DNA of 64,000 bases, from NCBI GenBank assembly GCA_963847705.1, contig CAWKBC010000032.1, positions 256,001-320,000 on the forward strand, written 5' to 3'. Positions 53,018 through 64,000 of the stretch are shown piece by piece. The DNA comes from an uncultured Pseudomonadota bacterium. Lineage in GTDB: Bacteria; Myxococcota_A; Polyangia; Fen-1088. The position numbers and the translations under genes were made by a program. The first letter of the stretch is position 1; each line of letters begins with the position of its first letter. The notes beneath the pieces were generated by a model that was not told where the DNA came from, did no database searches, and was given only the letters and a program-made list of their open reading frames with translations.

Positions 53018-54460
53018 ATGTCCATCTCCAAGCCAGTGACACGACGGGAAAGCCTCCTCGCCGGGCTCTTCGGGACCGGCTACATCGGCCTGCGCGCCCT
53101 CGCCACCGGGCTGCCCCCCTGGTTCCTGCTGAACCCGCGCCGGGCCACCGCGCAGGATCTGCAGTGCATGCTGAACGCGCAGAACAACAACCAGTATCTG
53201 ATCCTCAGCACCTCCAGCAACGGCGATCCGGTCAACTGCAACTGTCCGGGGACCTACGAGAACACCGACCTCATCCACCCGTCGGTCGACGAGATGACGG
53301 CGACCAAGGTGAGCGTGGGCGGCCAGATGCTGGGGGCGGCGCTCCCCTGGGCCGATCCCTCGGTGACGACCAGCGGCGGCAGCAAGGGGTGCCTCAATTC
53401 GTCGGTGCTGGCGCGGGCCTCGTTCTTCCACTACATGACCGGCACCGTGGTGCACGGCGACCAGCCCAAGGTCATGAAGATGCTGGGGGCGACGGCGGGC
53501 GGCGAGATGATGGTCTCGGCCTTCGCCAAGCACCTGGCGGCCTGCTTCGGCACCGTGCAGACGGCGCCCATCGCCGTCGGCGCGGGCGGCAACGCCGGCG
53601 AGCTGGTCAGCTTCTCCGGGCGCACGCTCCCCTCGATCACGCCGATGCAGCTGAAGACGCTGCTGACGGGGACCAAGAACGATCCGCTGGTGAGCCTGCA
53701 GACACAGCGGGACACCGATCTCGACAGCCTGAACGCGCTCTTCAAGAGCGAGTATCCGGCGGGGAGCGTGCAGGCGCAGTTCCTCGACGCGCTGTCGACG
53801 TCGCAGACACAGGTGCGCTCGCTGGCCAGCCAGCTGGCGACGACGCTCGGCAACATCACCGCCAACGACCTGAACGGCCAGCTGTGGGCGGCGGGCGCGC
53901 TCATCGCCGCCAAGGTGACGCCGGTGGTGACCGTCCACATCTCGATGGGGGGCGACAACCACTCCGACAGCAACCTGCAGGCGGAGTCGGATCAGCACGT
54001 CAGCGGCATCACCGCGATGAACAAGCTGCTGATGAACGACACGGCCAACGGCGTCCTGGCCAGCCTCGGCCTCCTCGACCAGGTGACCTTCGCGTTCTGG
54101 AACGTCTTCGGCCGCAACCTGGCGGGGATCTCCAAGGTGACGTCGCGGACCGGGAGGGACCACTGGGGGAACCACAACGTCTCGGTGATGGTGGGCAAGA
54201 ACTTCAAGTCGTCGGTGATCGGCGGGGTGGCCGCCGACTCGAGCAACGACGGCGGCTACTCGGCCAGCGACATCGCTTCGGCGACGGGCGCGGCGACGAA
54301 GGGGGGCGACATCCCGGCCGCACAGACCATGGTCGCCGCGGCCAAGACGCTGGGCGCGGGCCTGGGTATTCCGGACAGCGTCCAGACGGCCGACTGGATC
54401 GCCTCGGCGGGCGGCAAGACCGTCACCGCCGCGCTCACAACCGTCCCCACGACTGCCTGA
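53018..54460 (+). CDS. Tat-exported DUF1501/DUF1552-like protein
   Basis: TRRESLL Tat motif; GGDNHS, LLDQVT, FGR..GRDHW. Confidence 0.78.
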   Translation: MSISKPVTRRESLLAGLFGTGYIGLRALATGLPPWFLLNPRRATAQDLQCMLNAQNNNQYLILSTSSNGDPVNCNCPGTYENTDLIHPSVDEMTATKVSVGGQMLGAALPWADPSVTTSGGSKGCLNSSVLARASFFHYMTGTVVHGDQPKVMKMLGATAGGEMMVSAFAKHLAACFGTVQTAPIAVGAGGNAGELVSFSGRTLPSITPMQLKTLLTGTKNDPLVSLQTQRDTDLDSLNALFKSEYPAGSVQAQFLDALSTSQTQVRSLASQLATTLGNITANDLNGQLWAAGALIAAKVTPVVTVHISMGGDNHSDSNLQAESDQHVSGITAMNKLLMNDTANGVLASLGLLDQVTFAFWNVFGRNLAGISKVTSRTGRDHWGNHNVSVMVGKNFKSSVIGGVAADSSNDGGYSASDIASATGAATKGGDIPAAQTMVAAAKTLGAGLGIPDSVQTADWIASAGGKTVTAALTTVPTTA

Positions 54461-54581
54461 TCGCCCGCGGCGCGCTCGTCGTTGCTGGCTCTCTCCGCCG
54501 GCCGGCCCCGTCACGCAATCGATACGCGACCGTCGCATTCGCGGCCGCCCGCCCGAGATAGATGTGCGCGGGAGGCGCGCG

Positions 54582-55910
54582 ATGTGGAGATCGAGACCGT
54601 TCTTGTTTTGGGCGCTCGCGCTCTCGCTGGCTCCACCGCTGGGCGCCGCGGCGGCGGAGGTGCCGTTCCCCAGCCGCAGCCCCTACGCGAGTGTGTCGCA
54701 GTGGATCGGCCTCACGAACATCACGATCCGCTACACCACCCCGGCGGTGGCGGGACGCCCGCTCTGGGGCTCGGTCATCAAGCCGGGCGCCGTCTGGCTG
54801 GTGGGCGACGGGGCCGCGCCGACCATCGCCTTCAGCCGAGACGTCGTGGTTGGCGAGGCGGCGATCCCCGCTGGCACCTACGCGCTCCTGGCCATCCCCT
54901 CGAAGGGCGACTGGACGATCATCCTCAACCGAGAGACCAAGCTCTGGCGGGCCGACAGCCGCAATCCGGCGCTCGACGTCGCCCGGGTGACGGCGCACGC
55001 CGAGGCGAGCGCGCCGCGGGAACGGCTGGCGTTCGTCTTCTCGGACTTCACCGACGATCGCGCGACCATGGATCTCGAGTGGGCGACCACGCGCGTGCGC
55101 ATTCCGATCGGGCTGCGCACGGACGAGCAGGTGGCGGGGGCCATGCAGACGCTCGACAGCGCCTGGCAGGCGAACGCGGAGGCGGCCCGCTACTTGCTGG
55201 AGAAGAAGGACTTTGGAGCCGGGCTCAAGTATGCGAACCAGTCTCTCGCCCTGCGCGAGACCTGGTACGGCTTCTGGATCAAGGCCTCCTTGCTGGCCGC
55301 GCGCGGCGACTATCCAGACGCCCGGGCCGCGGCCCAGCGCTCCATCCAGCTTGGTCACGACGCCGGGAGCGAGTTCGCCAATGTCGAGTCCACCGTCAAG
55401 GAAGCCCTGGTGACCTGGAGCGCGCCGGGAGCTCCCGCGCCTGCCGCCGGGGCTCCGCAGGAGCGCGGCGACCGGCCGCGCCGTCTCCATCGCACGGGCG
55501 AGGCTCGGGTCGCGAAGGCGCCAGCGCTGTCCGGCGGCGCCTTCCTGGTCGACGGCAATCGGGATCTCGAACCGATGCCCGCGCCCGCTGAACACCGCGT
55601 GGAGGCGCGCCGCGCCGAGACGCCGCGGCCGACCGGCGCCGCGTTCTCCCGGGTCATCAAGCATGGACGCCCGGACCTTCAGCGCTGCTACCAGCGGGCG
55701 CTCCGGCAAGACCCGAACCTCGGCACCGCCAAGGTCACCGTCTCGATCGACGTCGGCACCACCGGCAGGGTCACGAACGTCTCGGTCGCTCCGCCGCTGC
55801 CGACGGGCGCGCTCGAATCCTGTCTCAAGGACACCGTCTCACGCTGGGCGTTCCCGCCCTCGCCGGTCGAGTACGAGACCCAGGTCCCGCTGGCGCTCAG
55901 CGGACGGTAG
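54582..55910 (+). CDS. DUF2911 protein with TPR and C-terminal TonB-C-like (AgmX/PglI) domain
   Basis: SPYASVSQWIG..GTYALLAIP..WTIILN; QRCYQRALRQDP..CL....RWAFP. Confidence 0.8.
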   Translation: MWRSRPFLFWALALSLAPPLGAAAAEVPFPSRSPYASVSQWIGLTNITIRYTTPAVAGRPLWGSVIKPGAVWLVGDGAAPTIAFSRDVVVGEAAIPAGTYALLAIPSKGDWTIILNRETKLWRADSRNPALDVARVTAHAEASAPRERLAFVFSDFTDDRATMDLEWATTRVRIPIGLRTDEQVAGAMQTLDSAWQANAEAARYLLEKKDFGAGLKYANQSLALRETWYGFWIKASLLAARGDYPDARAAAQRSIQLGHDAGSEFANVESTVKEALVTWSAPGAPAPAAGAPQERGDRPRRLHRTGEARVAKAPALSGGAFLVDGNRDLEPMPAPAEHRVEARRAETPRPTGAAFSRVIKHGRPDLQRCYQRALRQDPNLGTAKVTVSIDVGTTGRVTNVSVAPPLPTGALESCLKDTVSRWAFPPSPVEYETQVPLALSGR

Positions 55911-55944
55911 CGCGCTCGCCAGGATCGCGGCCCGTCCGCGACCC

Positions 55945-57168
55945 TCAACGCGTCGGCAGCTTGCCCTTCAGCAGATCCGCGAACGTGCCCATTCCGCCAC
56001 CCTTGCCGGAGGCGCGCGCCGCCGCCGCGCGCCCCTCGTCGTCGACCCCCTCCTCGCGCGCCCCCAGCCCCAACGAGATGCGCCGCTTTTCGAGATCGAT
56101 CGAGAGCACCGTGACCTCCAGGACGTCGCCCGGCTTGGCCGCGTCGCGCGCGTGGCGCAGCTGCTTTCCGCCGCCGAGCTCGCTCACGTGCAAGAGCCCC
56201 TCGACGCCCGGACGCAGCTCGACGAAGGCACCGAACGGCTCGACGCGGGTGACCTGGCCGCGCGCCAGCGTCCCGGGCGGCAGCTCGGCCGCCGCGTCTT
56301 GCCAGGGATCGCGCTCCAGCGATTTGAGCGAGAAGGAGACCTGCTCGGGCCGCCGCGGATCATCGCGCTTCTCCACCCGCATCACCGCGACGGTGATCGG
56401 CTGCCCCACGGTCAGCACGTCGGAGGGGCGCGTGTTGCGCTGAAAGCCGATCTCCGAGGCGGGCAGCAGGCCCTCGATCCCGCCGACGTCGACGAACGCC
56501 CCGAAGTCCTTGAGCGCCGTGACCACGCCGGGGAGCACCGCGCCGACCACCAGCTTGCTGCGCGTCTCCGCCGCCTGCGATTGCATCGCCTCTTCCAGGA
56601 GCGCGCGCCGCGACAGCACGACGTTGGCGCCCCGCCGATCGTCCTCGTAGCGGGTCACCCGAAACTCCAGCCGCTGGCCGATGTAGGCGGCCGGATCGAC
56701 GACCTGCCGCAGCTCCAGCTGCGACAGCGGGCAGAAGGCGCGCGTGCCGGCCACGTCGACCTCCACGCCCCCTTTGTTGACGGCGGTGATCACCCCGGTG
56801 ACCGGCAGACCCGTGGCGGCCGCCTCCTCGAGGCCGGTGCGGCCGCCGGCGCCGTGGCCCGCGCCCCGGCGCAGCGAGACGAACCCGGGACGGTCTCCCT
56901 GCGCCACCACCCGCGCCTCGAGCACGTCGCCGACCTCGACCGTCAACTGTCCGCTGGGATCGCGCAGCTCCAGCGTCTCCAGGGTCCCCTCGCCGCCACC
57001 GCCGAGGTCGATGACCGTCACCTCCTGCCCGACCGACACCACCCTCCCGGAAACCCGATCGCCGATCGCAAACGTCGGGCGGCGCGCCTGCTTGCCGTCT
57101 CGTTCGGAGGCCGCGAACATCGAGGCGAAGTCTTCATCCGGCGGTGGGGCTTTGCGCTGGTCGGTCAT
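55945..57168 (-). CDS. Multi-S1-domain RNA-binding protein (short RpsA paralogue)
   Basis: Four S1 repeats; FGAFV..G.EGLL; C-terminal MGTFADLLK. Confidence 0.88.
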   Translation of the reverse strand: MTDQRKAPPPDEDFASMFAASERDGKQARRPTFAIGDRVSGRVVSVGQEVTVIDLGGGGEGTLETLELRDPSGQLTVEVGDVLEARVVAQGDRPGFVSLRRGAGHGAGGRTGLEEAAATGLPVTGVITAVNKGGVEVDVAGTRAFCPLSQLELRQVVDPAAYIGQRLEFRVTRYEDDRRGANVVLSRRALLEEAMQSQAAETRSKLVVGAVLPGVVTALKDFGAFVDVGGIEGLLPASEIGFQRNTRPSDVLTVGQPITVAVMRVEKRDDPRRPEQVSFSLKSLERDPWQDAAAELPPGTLARGQVTRVEPFGAFVELRPGVEGLLHVSELGGGKQLRHARDAAKPGDVLEVTVLSIDLEKRRISLGLGAREEGVDDEGRAAAARASGKGGGMGTFADLLKGKLPTR

Positions 57169-57288
57169 CGGGGTGGGGCAGTCTAGCGCGACTCTCCGCT
57201 TCGACCACCTCGTGACCGAACCGGATCTTCTCCCGCGCAGGCTCCGACAGGCAGGCGGGACAGGTGAACGGCTTCGTCCGAGGTCGCC

Positions 57289-58488
57289 CTACTCGGGCAC
57301 CTCGAGCCGGTCGATGGGGGTGTGCAGGACCTGGTTGGCGATCTCGAGCGCGATCCCCGCCGACGTTCCGGCGCCCGCTCCCGCCGCCAGCTCGCTGTAG
57401 CGATCCTCGACCTCTTCGTCGCGCTGTCTGATCTCTGGAGCGATCGTCGCCGCGCCCGGGAGCTCGACCCGCAGCTCCTTGAGGATCATCCGCGCGCCGG
57501 CCGTCACCGGCAGGGCCAGCAGCGCGCCGACGATTCCCATCAGCTCGCCGCCCACCAGGAGCGCGATGGTGATGAGCCAGGCCGGCAGGCGCAGCACGCG
57601 ACCGTAGACCCGCGGCAGGATGAGGCGGTTCTCGATCTCCTGATAGACGACCACGCTGGCGATCACCACCACCACGCTGACCGAGCCGTGCGGAACGGCG
57701 GCCGCCACCAGCGGGATGACGGCCAGGATGCCCCCGATGTACGGCAACACGTCGGTGACGCCGGCGAACACCGCCAGGGGGAGCGGATTCTTGATGTCGA
57801 GGACGCGGAGGAGCACATAGATGACGACGCCCATCAACCCCGAGGTCAGGATCTGCCCGCGCATGTAGCCGCCGACGATCGTCTCGAGGTTGAGCATGAT
57901 GCGCGCCAGCCGGACGTGGAATCGGCGTGGAACCAGGCCGTAGAGCGCAGCCTGGGTCGTCTCGGGATCAGCGAGGATGTAGAACGCCAGCGCCAGCGTG
58001 GTGAGAGCCCACCCGATCCCCGTCACGAGATCCGACGAATAGGAGAGGGCCTGGCTGCTGGTCGGGAGGAGCAGCTCCTGCAGGTTGGCGTTGCGAATGG
58101 CCCCTGCGACTGGCTCCAGCACGCGCGACCGCTCGAGCAGGCTGGCCAGGTGAAGCTGCATGCCGGGCGCGGCCTGGATCAAGCTCTGGGCCTGGGCGAT
58201 GAGCGCGGGGACCGTGACCAGGCCGAGCGCGACGGCGACGCCGACGGCCACCGCGAAGATGACGCCGACCGCGGAGGTCCGGCCGAGCCCCTGGCGCTGC
58301 AGGAACCCGGTGAGGGGATTCAGCGTCCCCACCAGCACCAGCGCCACGACCGACACGACGATCACCGATTTCAGCTGCGCCGCCAACCAGAGGGCGGCGA
58401 GCGCCGCCACGGCCAACACCAGCCGGCGGCCGGTGATGAGGCCGCCCTCGACCAGCGGCCGTCGGTCGTGGGTCGATCCGGGCGTCAT
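57289..58488 (-). CDS. AI-2E family transporter
   Basis: GYMRGQ, PYIG, QEIENRLILPRV, GIVGALLALP. Confidence 0.92.
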   Translation of the reverse strand: MTPGSTHDRRPLVEGGLITGRRLVLAVAALAALWLAAQLKSVIVVSVVALVLVGTLNPLTGFLQRQGLGRTSAVGVIFAVAVGVAVALGLVTVPALIAQAQSLIQAAPGMQLHLASLLERSRVLEPVAGAIRNANLQELLLPTSSQALSYSSDLVTGIGWALTTLALAFYILADPETTQAALYGLVPRRFHVRLARIMLNLETIVGGYMRGQILTSGLMGVVIYVLLRVLDIKNPLPLAVFAGVTDVLPYIGGILAVIPLVAAAVPHGSVSVVVVIASVVVYQEIENRLILPRVYGRVLRLPAWLITIALLVGGELMGIVGALLALPVTAGARMILKELRVELPGAATIAPEIRQRDEEVEDRYSELAAGAGAGTSAGIALEIANQVLHTPIDRLEVPE

Positions 58489-58590
58489 CCGGACGGAAGT
58501 TAGTGCCGCGGCCAATCTCCACAAGGCTCAAAGAACCTGGAGGACACCGGGCCGCCGCGCGGGCGCGCCAAGACCGTCCTTGCCTCGTCG

Positions 58591-59703
58591 GTGATTCGCC
58601 GGCTAGATGGGCGCGTGCGCGCCCCTACCGAACGTTCGTCTCCATTTTCGCTGCAGCTCCCCTCGCCCATTCGCCTCAAGGGCCGGCGCACGGAGCTGGC
58701 GACGCTGACGGCGGCCATCACCAGCGGTCGGGTGTCACGTCTGGCGCTCGTCGGCGGCGGCGGGAGCGGGAAGTCGGTCATCGCCGCCGCGCTGGCGCAC
58801 CAGCTGCGCCGGCGATACCCGGGCGGCGCCGCCTGGCTGCGCGTCGGCGGCTGGGACCACCGGACCCTGCTGCAGATGCTGGCGTTGCAGCTGGGCGTGG
58901 CCCGCGACCCCCTCATCGACAGCGTCCGCCGCGGCCTCACCGCGCGCGGGCCGATGCTGGTGGTGCTCGACAACCACGAGAACGACAAGGCGATGGCGCG
59001 CTTCCTCGACGCGCTCGACGGGGTGCCGGTGACCTGGCTCATCACCGCGCGCCGCTGCCTCCTGGCGGGCGTGGCGATCTTCCCGGTGATCGCCCCCCTG
59101 GTGCAGGCGCGGCGAAACGCCTTCCCGGCCGTCGCGGCGCTGACCAGCCCGTTGCGCTGGAATCCGCTGGCGCTCGACATCGCCGACGCGCTGGTCGGTG
59201 CGGGCGCCTGCACCGTCGACGAGCTCGGCGCCTGGCTCACGGCCGAGGGGATCTCGCGGGTGCGGGTCATGGCCCACGAGGACGACGTCGTGGAGGTCCA
59301 GCTGGTGGTGGAGTGGGCCTGGCGCCGGCTGCCGCGCGCGGCCCAGCGGATGCTGATCGTGCTGGCCCACTGCCTCGGCGACCACATGGACGCGCGGGCG
59401 CTGGCCACGCTGGCCCAGGCCGGCCGCGCGGGCGCGGCGGCGCTGGCCTGCCTGCGGCAATGGCGGCTGATTCAAGAGCCGCTCCCCGATCGTTTCGCGC
59501 TGCACGCGGTGGTGCGTTACGCCCTCTCGGGCAAGGGCACCGTGCCGGAGGGGCGTTATTTCGACTATTACGTGCGGCTGCTCGAGCGCCGGCCCGACCG
59601 GTTTTCGATGGAGCAATCGCACGTCTTTGCCGCCATGGATTACGCCCAGGCCGCGTCTTCGATGGGGAAAATCTTGCGAATCGAGGCGCTGATAGGGCCC
59701 TGA
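58591..59703 (+). CDS. NB-ARC/STAND-like P-loop NTPase
   Basis: KGR..EL, Walker A GGGGSGKS, Walker B LVVLDN, ITAR sensor, NPLAL, FALHAVVR (MHD-like). Confidence 0.75.
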   Translation: MIRRLDGRVRAPTERSSPFSLQLPSPIRLKGRRTELATLTAAITSGRVSRLALVGGGGSGKSVIAAALAHQLRRRYPGGAAWLRVGGWDHRTLLQMLALQLGVARDPLIDSVRRGLTARGPMLVVLDNHENDKAMARFLDALDGVPVTWLITARRCLLAGVAIFPVIAPLVQARRNAFPAVAALTSPLRWNPLALDIADALVGAGACTVDELGAWLTAEGISRVRVMAHEDDVVEVQLVVEWAWRRLPRAAQRMLIVLAHCLGDHMDARALATLAQAGRAGAAALACLRQWRLIQEPLPDRFALHAVVRYALSGKGTVPEGRYFDYYVRLLERRPDRFSMEQSHVFAAMDYAQAASSMGKILRIEALIGP

Positions 59704-59871
59704 CGACAGACCAGCAAACCCCTGATTCTCGGGTCCAGTGCTCTCCCCTTGGCGGTTGCCGATAACTATCGTGGTATACGGTCACCCAACCGCTCTGGCC
59801 TCACTTCGGGGTTGTGCGGCAGAAAACGTTTCGCTTCCAGGAAACTGGGCGGCGAAAAAGGAAAAGAGAAA

Positions 59872-60066
59872 ATGCAAAAAGGTACGGTTAAGTTCTTCAA
59901 CACAGCCAAGGGTTTCGGTTTCATCACGCCAGAGGGCGGCGGCAAGGACGTGTTCGTCCACGCCAATGACACCGGCGGCGCCATCCTCCAGGAGGGCTCG
60001 AAGGTCGAGTTCGAGGTCGTCGAGGGAAAGAAGGGCCCCCAGGCCAGCGGCGTCAAGCTGGTGTAA
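59872..60066 (+). CDS. cspA: Cold-shock protein
   Basis: GTVKFFN..KGFGFI..DVFVH. Confidence 0.95.
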   Translation: MQKGTVKFFNTAKGFGFITPEGGGKDVFVHANDTGGAILQEGSKVEFEVVEGKKGPQASGVKLV

Positions 60067-60078
60067 TTCCGGCACCGA

Positions 60079-60119
60079 GGTGCCGCGCGCCTGAGGCTGG
60101 TTTGCTCAGGCGCGGCACC
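60079..60119 (+). terminator. GC-rich hairpin after csp
   Basis: GGTGCCGCG.CCTGAG / CTCAGGCGCGGCACC inverted repeat; no clear U-tract. Confidence 0.5.
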
Positions 60120-60276
60120 CGACGTGCCGCTTCGTATTTCACGCTTCGAGAGCTGCGATAGACTGCCCCGCGTGTCGCGGGAACGCCCACCGACAGTCGC
60201 CGTTTCGGTGCTGCGGGCGCCTCCTGGCGATCGGCTGCGGATCTGCGGGGCCGGCCGAGGTAGAAGGGAGCCCCGC

Positions 60277-61404
60277 ATGCGCTCCCCCGTCGTCTTCGCC
60301 GCCGCCGGCGGCTTTCTGGCCCTCGCGGCCCTGGCGCCGGCCACCGGCTGCGCCCGCCAATCCGTGCCGGCGCCCTCGCCCCTCGTCGAGCAGGGTCGCC
60401 AGAGCTACGCCAGGTACTGCGCCACCTGCCACGGTCCGGCTGCCAACGGCTACGTCGCTGACAACGCGCCGTCGCTGCGCACCGTCACCTTCCTCGAGTC
60501 CGCGTCGGACGCCTTCATCCGCGCCGGGATCAGCCGCGGGCGCCCCGGCACGGCGATGGCTGCGTTTGCCAGCCTCCTCGGCGGGCCGCTCGCTCCCCCG
60601 GAGGTCGACGCCATCATCGCCTTCCTGCGCGAGGGCGGGCCGGCCCTCCGCGCGCTGCCGGAGGGCCCGGTCATCGGCGACGTCAAGCGCGGCAAGGTGG
60701 TCTACGACGCCAACTGCGCGCGCTGCCACGGGACGCCGACCCAGCGGAGCAGCGCGGTCCACCTCGCCAACCCGGTCCTGCTCGCCACCGCCACCGACGC
60801 CTTCCTGCACTGGGCGGTCGAAAGGGGCCGGGCGCCGACGTCGATGGTCCCCTGGAAGGGGGCCCTCACCCCGGTGCAGATCGACGACGTGGTCGCCTTC
60901 GTGCGTTCGATGGCGGTGCCGCCGGCCGTCCCGGTGGTGCCGTCCCCGTCCGCCGTGGCGCAGCCGGCCGCGCCGCTGCCGCCGCGCCAGGGCCCGATCG
61001 TGCTCAACCCGAGGGGCAAGGCGCCGGAGTTCGTCCTCAAGGAGGATCTCTACGTCTCGATCGAGCAGGTGAAGAAGGCGCTCGACGCCAAGCGGCGGCT
61101 CATCATCGCGGATGCGCGCGCCCCTTCCGACTGGCTGAACCTGCACATCACCGGGGCGATCTCCACGCCCTACTACGACAAGCGGACCCTCGACGACATC
61201 CCCAACGACGGCACCTGGGTCCTCGCCTACTGCGCCTGTCCCCACCACGTGTCGGGCGAGGTCGTCGCCGAGCTGCGCAAGCGCGGCTACAAGCACACCG
61301 CCGTCATCGACGAGGGGGTCTTCGCCTGGCAGCAGGCGAAATATCCCGTCGTCACCGCGCCCGGCCTGCTGCCCGCGGCCGCGCCGCCGCCGCCGCACCA
61401 CTGA
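60277..61404 (+). CDS. Diheme cytochrome c fused to a rhodanese-like domain
   Basis: CATCH and CARCH with distal Met (GTAM, TSM); IADAR..HITGA..YCACP..LRKRGY rhodanese. Confidence 0.85.
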   Translation: MRSPVVFAAAGGFLALAALAPATGCARQSVPAPSPLVEQGRQSYARYCATCHGPAANGYVADNAPSLRTVTFLESASDAFIRAGISRGRPGTAMAAFASLLGGPLAPPEVDAIIAFLREGGPALRALPEGPVIGDVKRGKVVYDANCARCHGTPTQRSSAVHLANPVLLATATDAFLHWAVERGRAPTSMVPWKGALTPVQIDDVVAFVRSMAVPPAVPVVPSPSAVAQPAAPLPPRQGPIVLNPRGKAPEFVLKEDLYVSIEQVKKALDAKRRLIIADARAPSDWLNLHITGAISTPYYDKRTLDDIPNDGTWVLAYCACPHHVSGEVVAELRKRGYKHTAVIDEGVFAWQQAKYPVVTAPGLLPAAAPPPPHH

Positions 61405-61541
61405 GCGGGCGCGAGCGAAACGAACCCCGATCTCCGGATACCGGATCTGCGGAACCGCTTAACCGCAATCGAGCGAATCGGAAACCACACGTCGGTCCCG
61501 TTTGCGCCGAGACTGCCCTCAGTCGAGAAAGGGGCCTCCGC

Positions 61542-61958
61542 ATGACGACGAATCAGAAATCGCTGGTCAAGGAGACGTTCGCCAAGGTCGTGCCGATCGC
61601 GGACACCGCCGCGGCGCTGTTCTACGGCCGCTTGTTCGAGATGGATCCCTCGCTCCGGCCGCTGTTCAGGACCGACATTCGCGAGCAGGGAAAAAAGCTG
61701 ATGCAGATCCTTGGCTACTGCGTCGGCAAGCTCGATGACCTCGAAGAGCTGGTGCCGGCGGTCAAGGCGCTCGGGCGCAAACACGCGGGATACGGGGCCG
61801 AGGAGGAGGACTACGAAACGGTGGGGGGCGCGCTGCTCTGGACGCTGGAGCAGGGCCTCGGCGCCGCCTTCACGCCCGAGGTCAAGGCCGCCTGGACGGC
61901 GGTCTACGAGCTGCTCGCGGCCACGATGATCGAGGGGGCCAAGTCAGCGGCGGCCTGA
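61542..61958 (+). CDS. Single-domain globin (flavohaemoglobin-like globin fold)
   Basis: FYGRLFEMDP..LF, QGKKL, LGRKH..YG, VGGALLWTL, AW. Confidence 0.9.
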   Translation: MTTNQKSLVKETFAKVVPIADTAAALFYGRLFEMDPSLRPLFRTDIREQGKKLMQILGYCVGKLDDLEELVPAVKALGRKHAGYGAEEEDYETVGGALLWTLEQGLGAAFTPEVKAAWTAVYELLAATMIEGAKSAAA

Positions 61959-61985
61959 GTCCCGGCCGCGCGCCCGGACGGTCGG

Positions 61986-62527
61986 TCAGGCCCCCTGCTG
62001 CGGGTTGGCCCCGGCCCGGGCGATGCTCTCCAGGATGACGGTCTTCGCCTCGGCGGCGTCGCCCCATCCGATCAGCTTCACCCACTTGTTGTCCTCGAGA
62101 TCCTTGTAGTGCTCGAAGAAGTGCTGGATCTGCTTGACGGTGATCTCGGGGAGATTCTTGTAGTCGGAGACCTGGTCGTAACGGCGCGTGAGCCGCGAGA
62201 CCGGCACGGCGATCACCTTCTCGTCGACGCCGGCCTCGTCTTGCATGCGCAAGACGCCGATCGGGCGGACGGCGATGAGGGCGCCGGGGACGATGGCGCG
62301 CTGGCTGGCGATGAGCACGTCCAGCGGATCGCCGTCGCCCGACAGCGTGTGCGGGATGAACCCGTAGTTCCCCGGGTAGCGCATCGAGGTGTAGAGAAAG
62401 CGATCGACCACCAGCGTCCCGGCGTGCTTGTCCATCTCGTACTTGATCGGCTCGCCGCCCACCGGCACCTCGACGATCACGTTGACCTCGTTGGGGGGAT
62501 CGGCGCCCACGGAGATGTGTTCGATTC

Positions 62528-62531
<4 letters not shown>
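61986..62531 (-). CDS. ppa: Inorganic pyrophosphatase (family I)
   Basis: [31 protein letters not shown]; TTG start overlaps pgi stop. Confidence 0.95.

Positions 62532-64000
<1,469 letters not shown>

Noticed and set aside
55945-57168. Housekeeping rpsA
   Set aside because: Only four S1 domains and no cmk/ihfB context; treated as a paralogue

Overview
High-GC window, probably from a myxobacterium (Myxococcota; inferred from MYXO-CTERM tails, Cys-rich NCGxCG repeats and myxobacterial-type barrels). Two accessory loci stand out. (1) An 11-gene minus-strand operon (26435-39171) encodes a MotA/MotB stator, a single-pass protein fusing an exported domain to FliG middle and C-terminal rotor domains, three outer-membrane beta-barrels, several lipoproteins (one VWA/CglB-like) and a TonB-C/AgmX-like protein. 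No other flagellar gene is in the window, so this is a candidate non-flagellar trans-envelope rotary machine. (2) A RiPP cassette (12631-18552) encodes a Cys-rich YxxP precursor, a radical SAM/SPASM enzyme, a PqqD/RRE protein, an HprK-like ATPase, an S26 peptidase and a MYXO-CTERM gingipain (C25) protease. It is divergent from two large LamG/Cys-rich surface proteins, one with an internal sorting signal and an apparently permuted split domain. The rest comprises poly-HAMP and hybrid kinases, an ABC SBP-permease fusion, an ECF sigma module, a Ser/Thr kinase, a GH9 cellulase, a DUF1501-type pair, a cytochrome c-rhodanese fusion, a globin, csp, ppa and partial pgi. Three apparent single-base lesions and two intergenic repeat arrays were also seen. 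All family calls are by eye from motifs; no searches were run.
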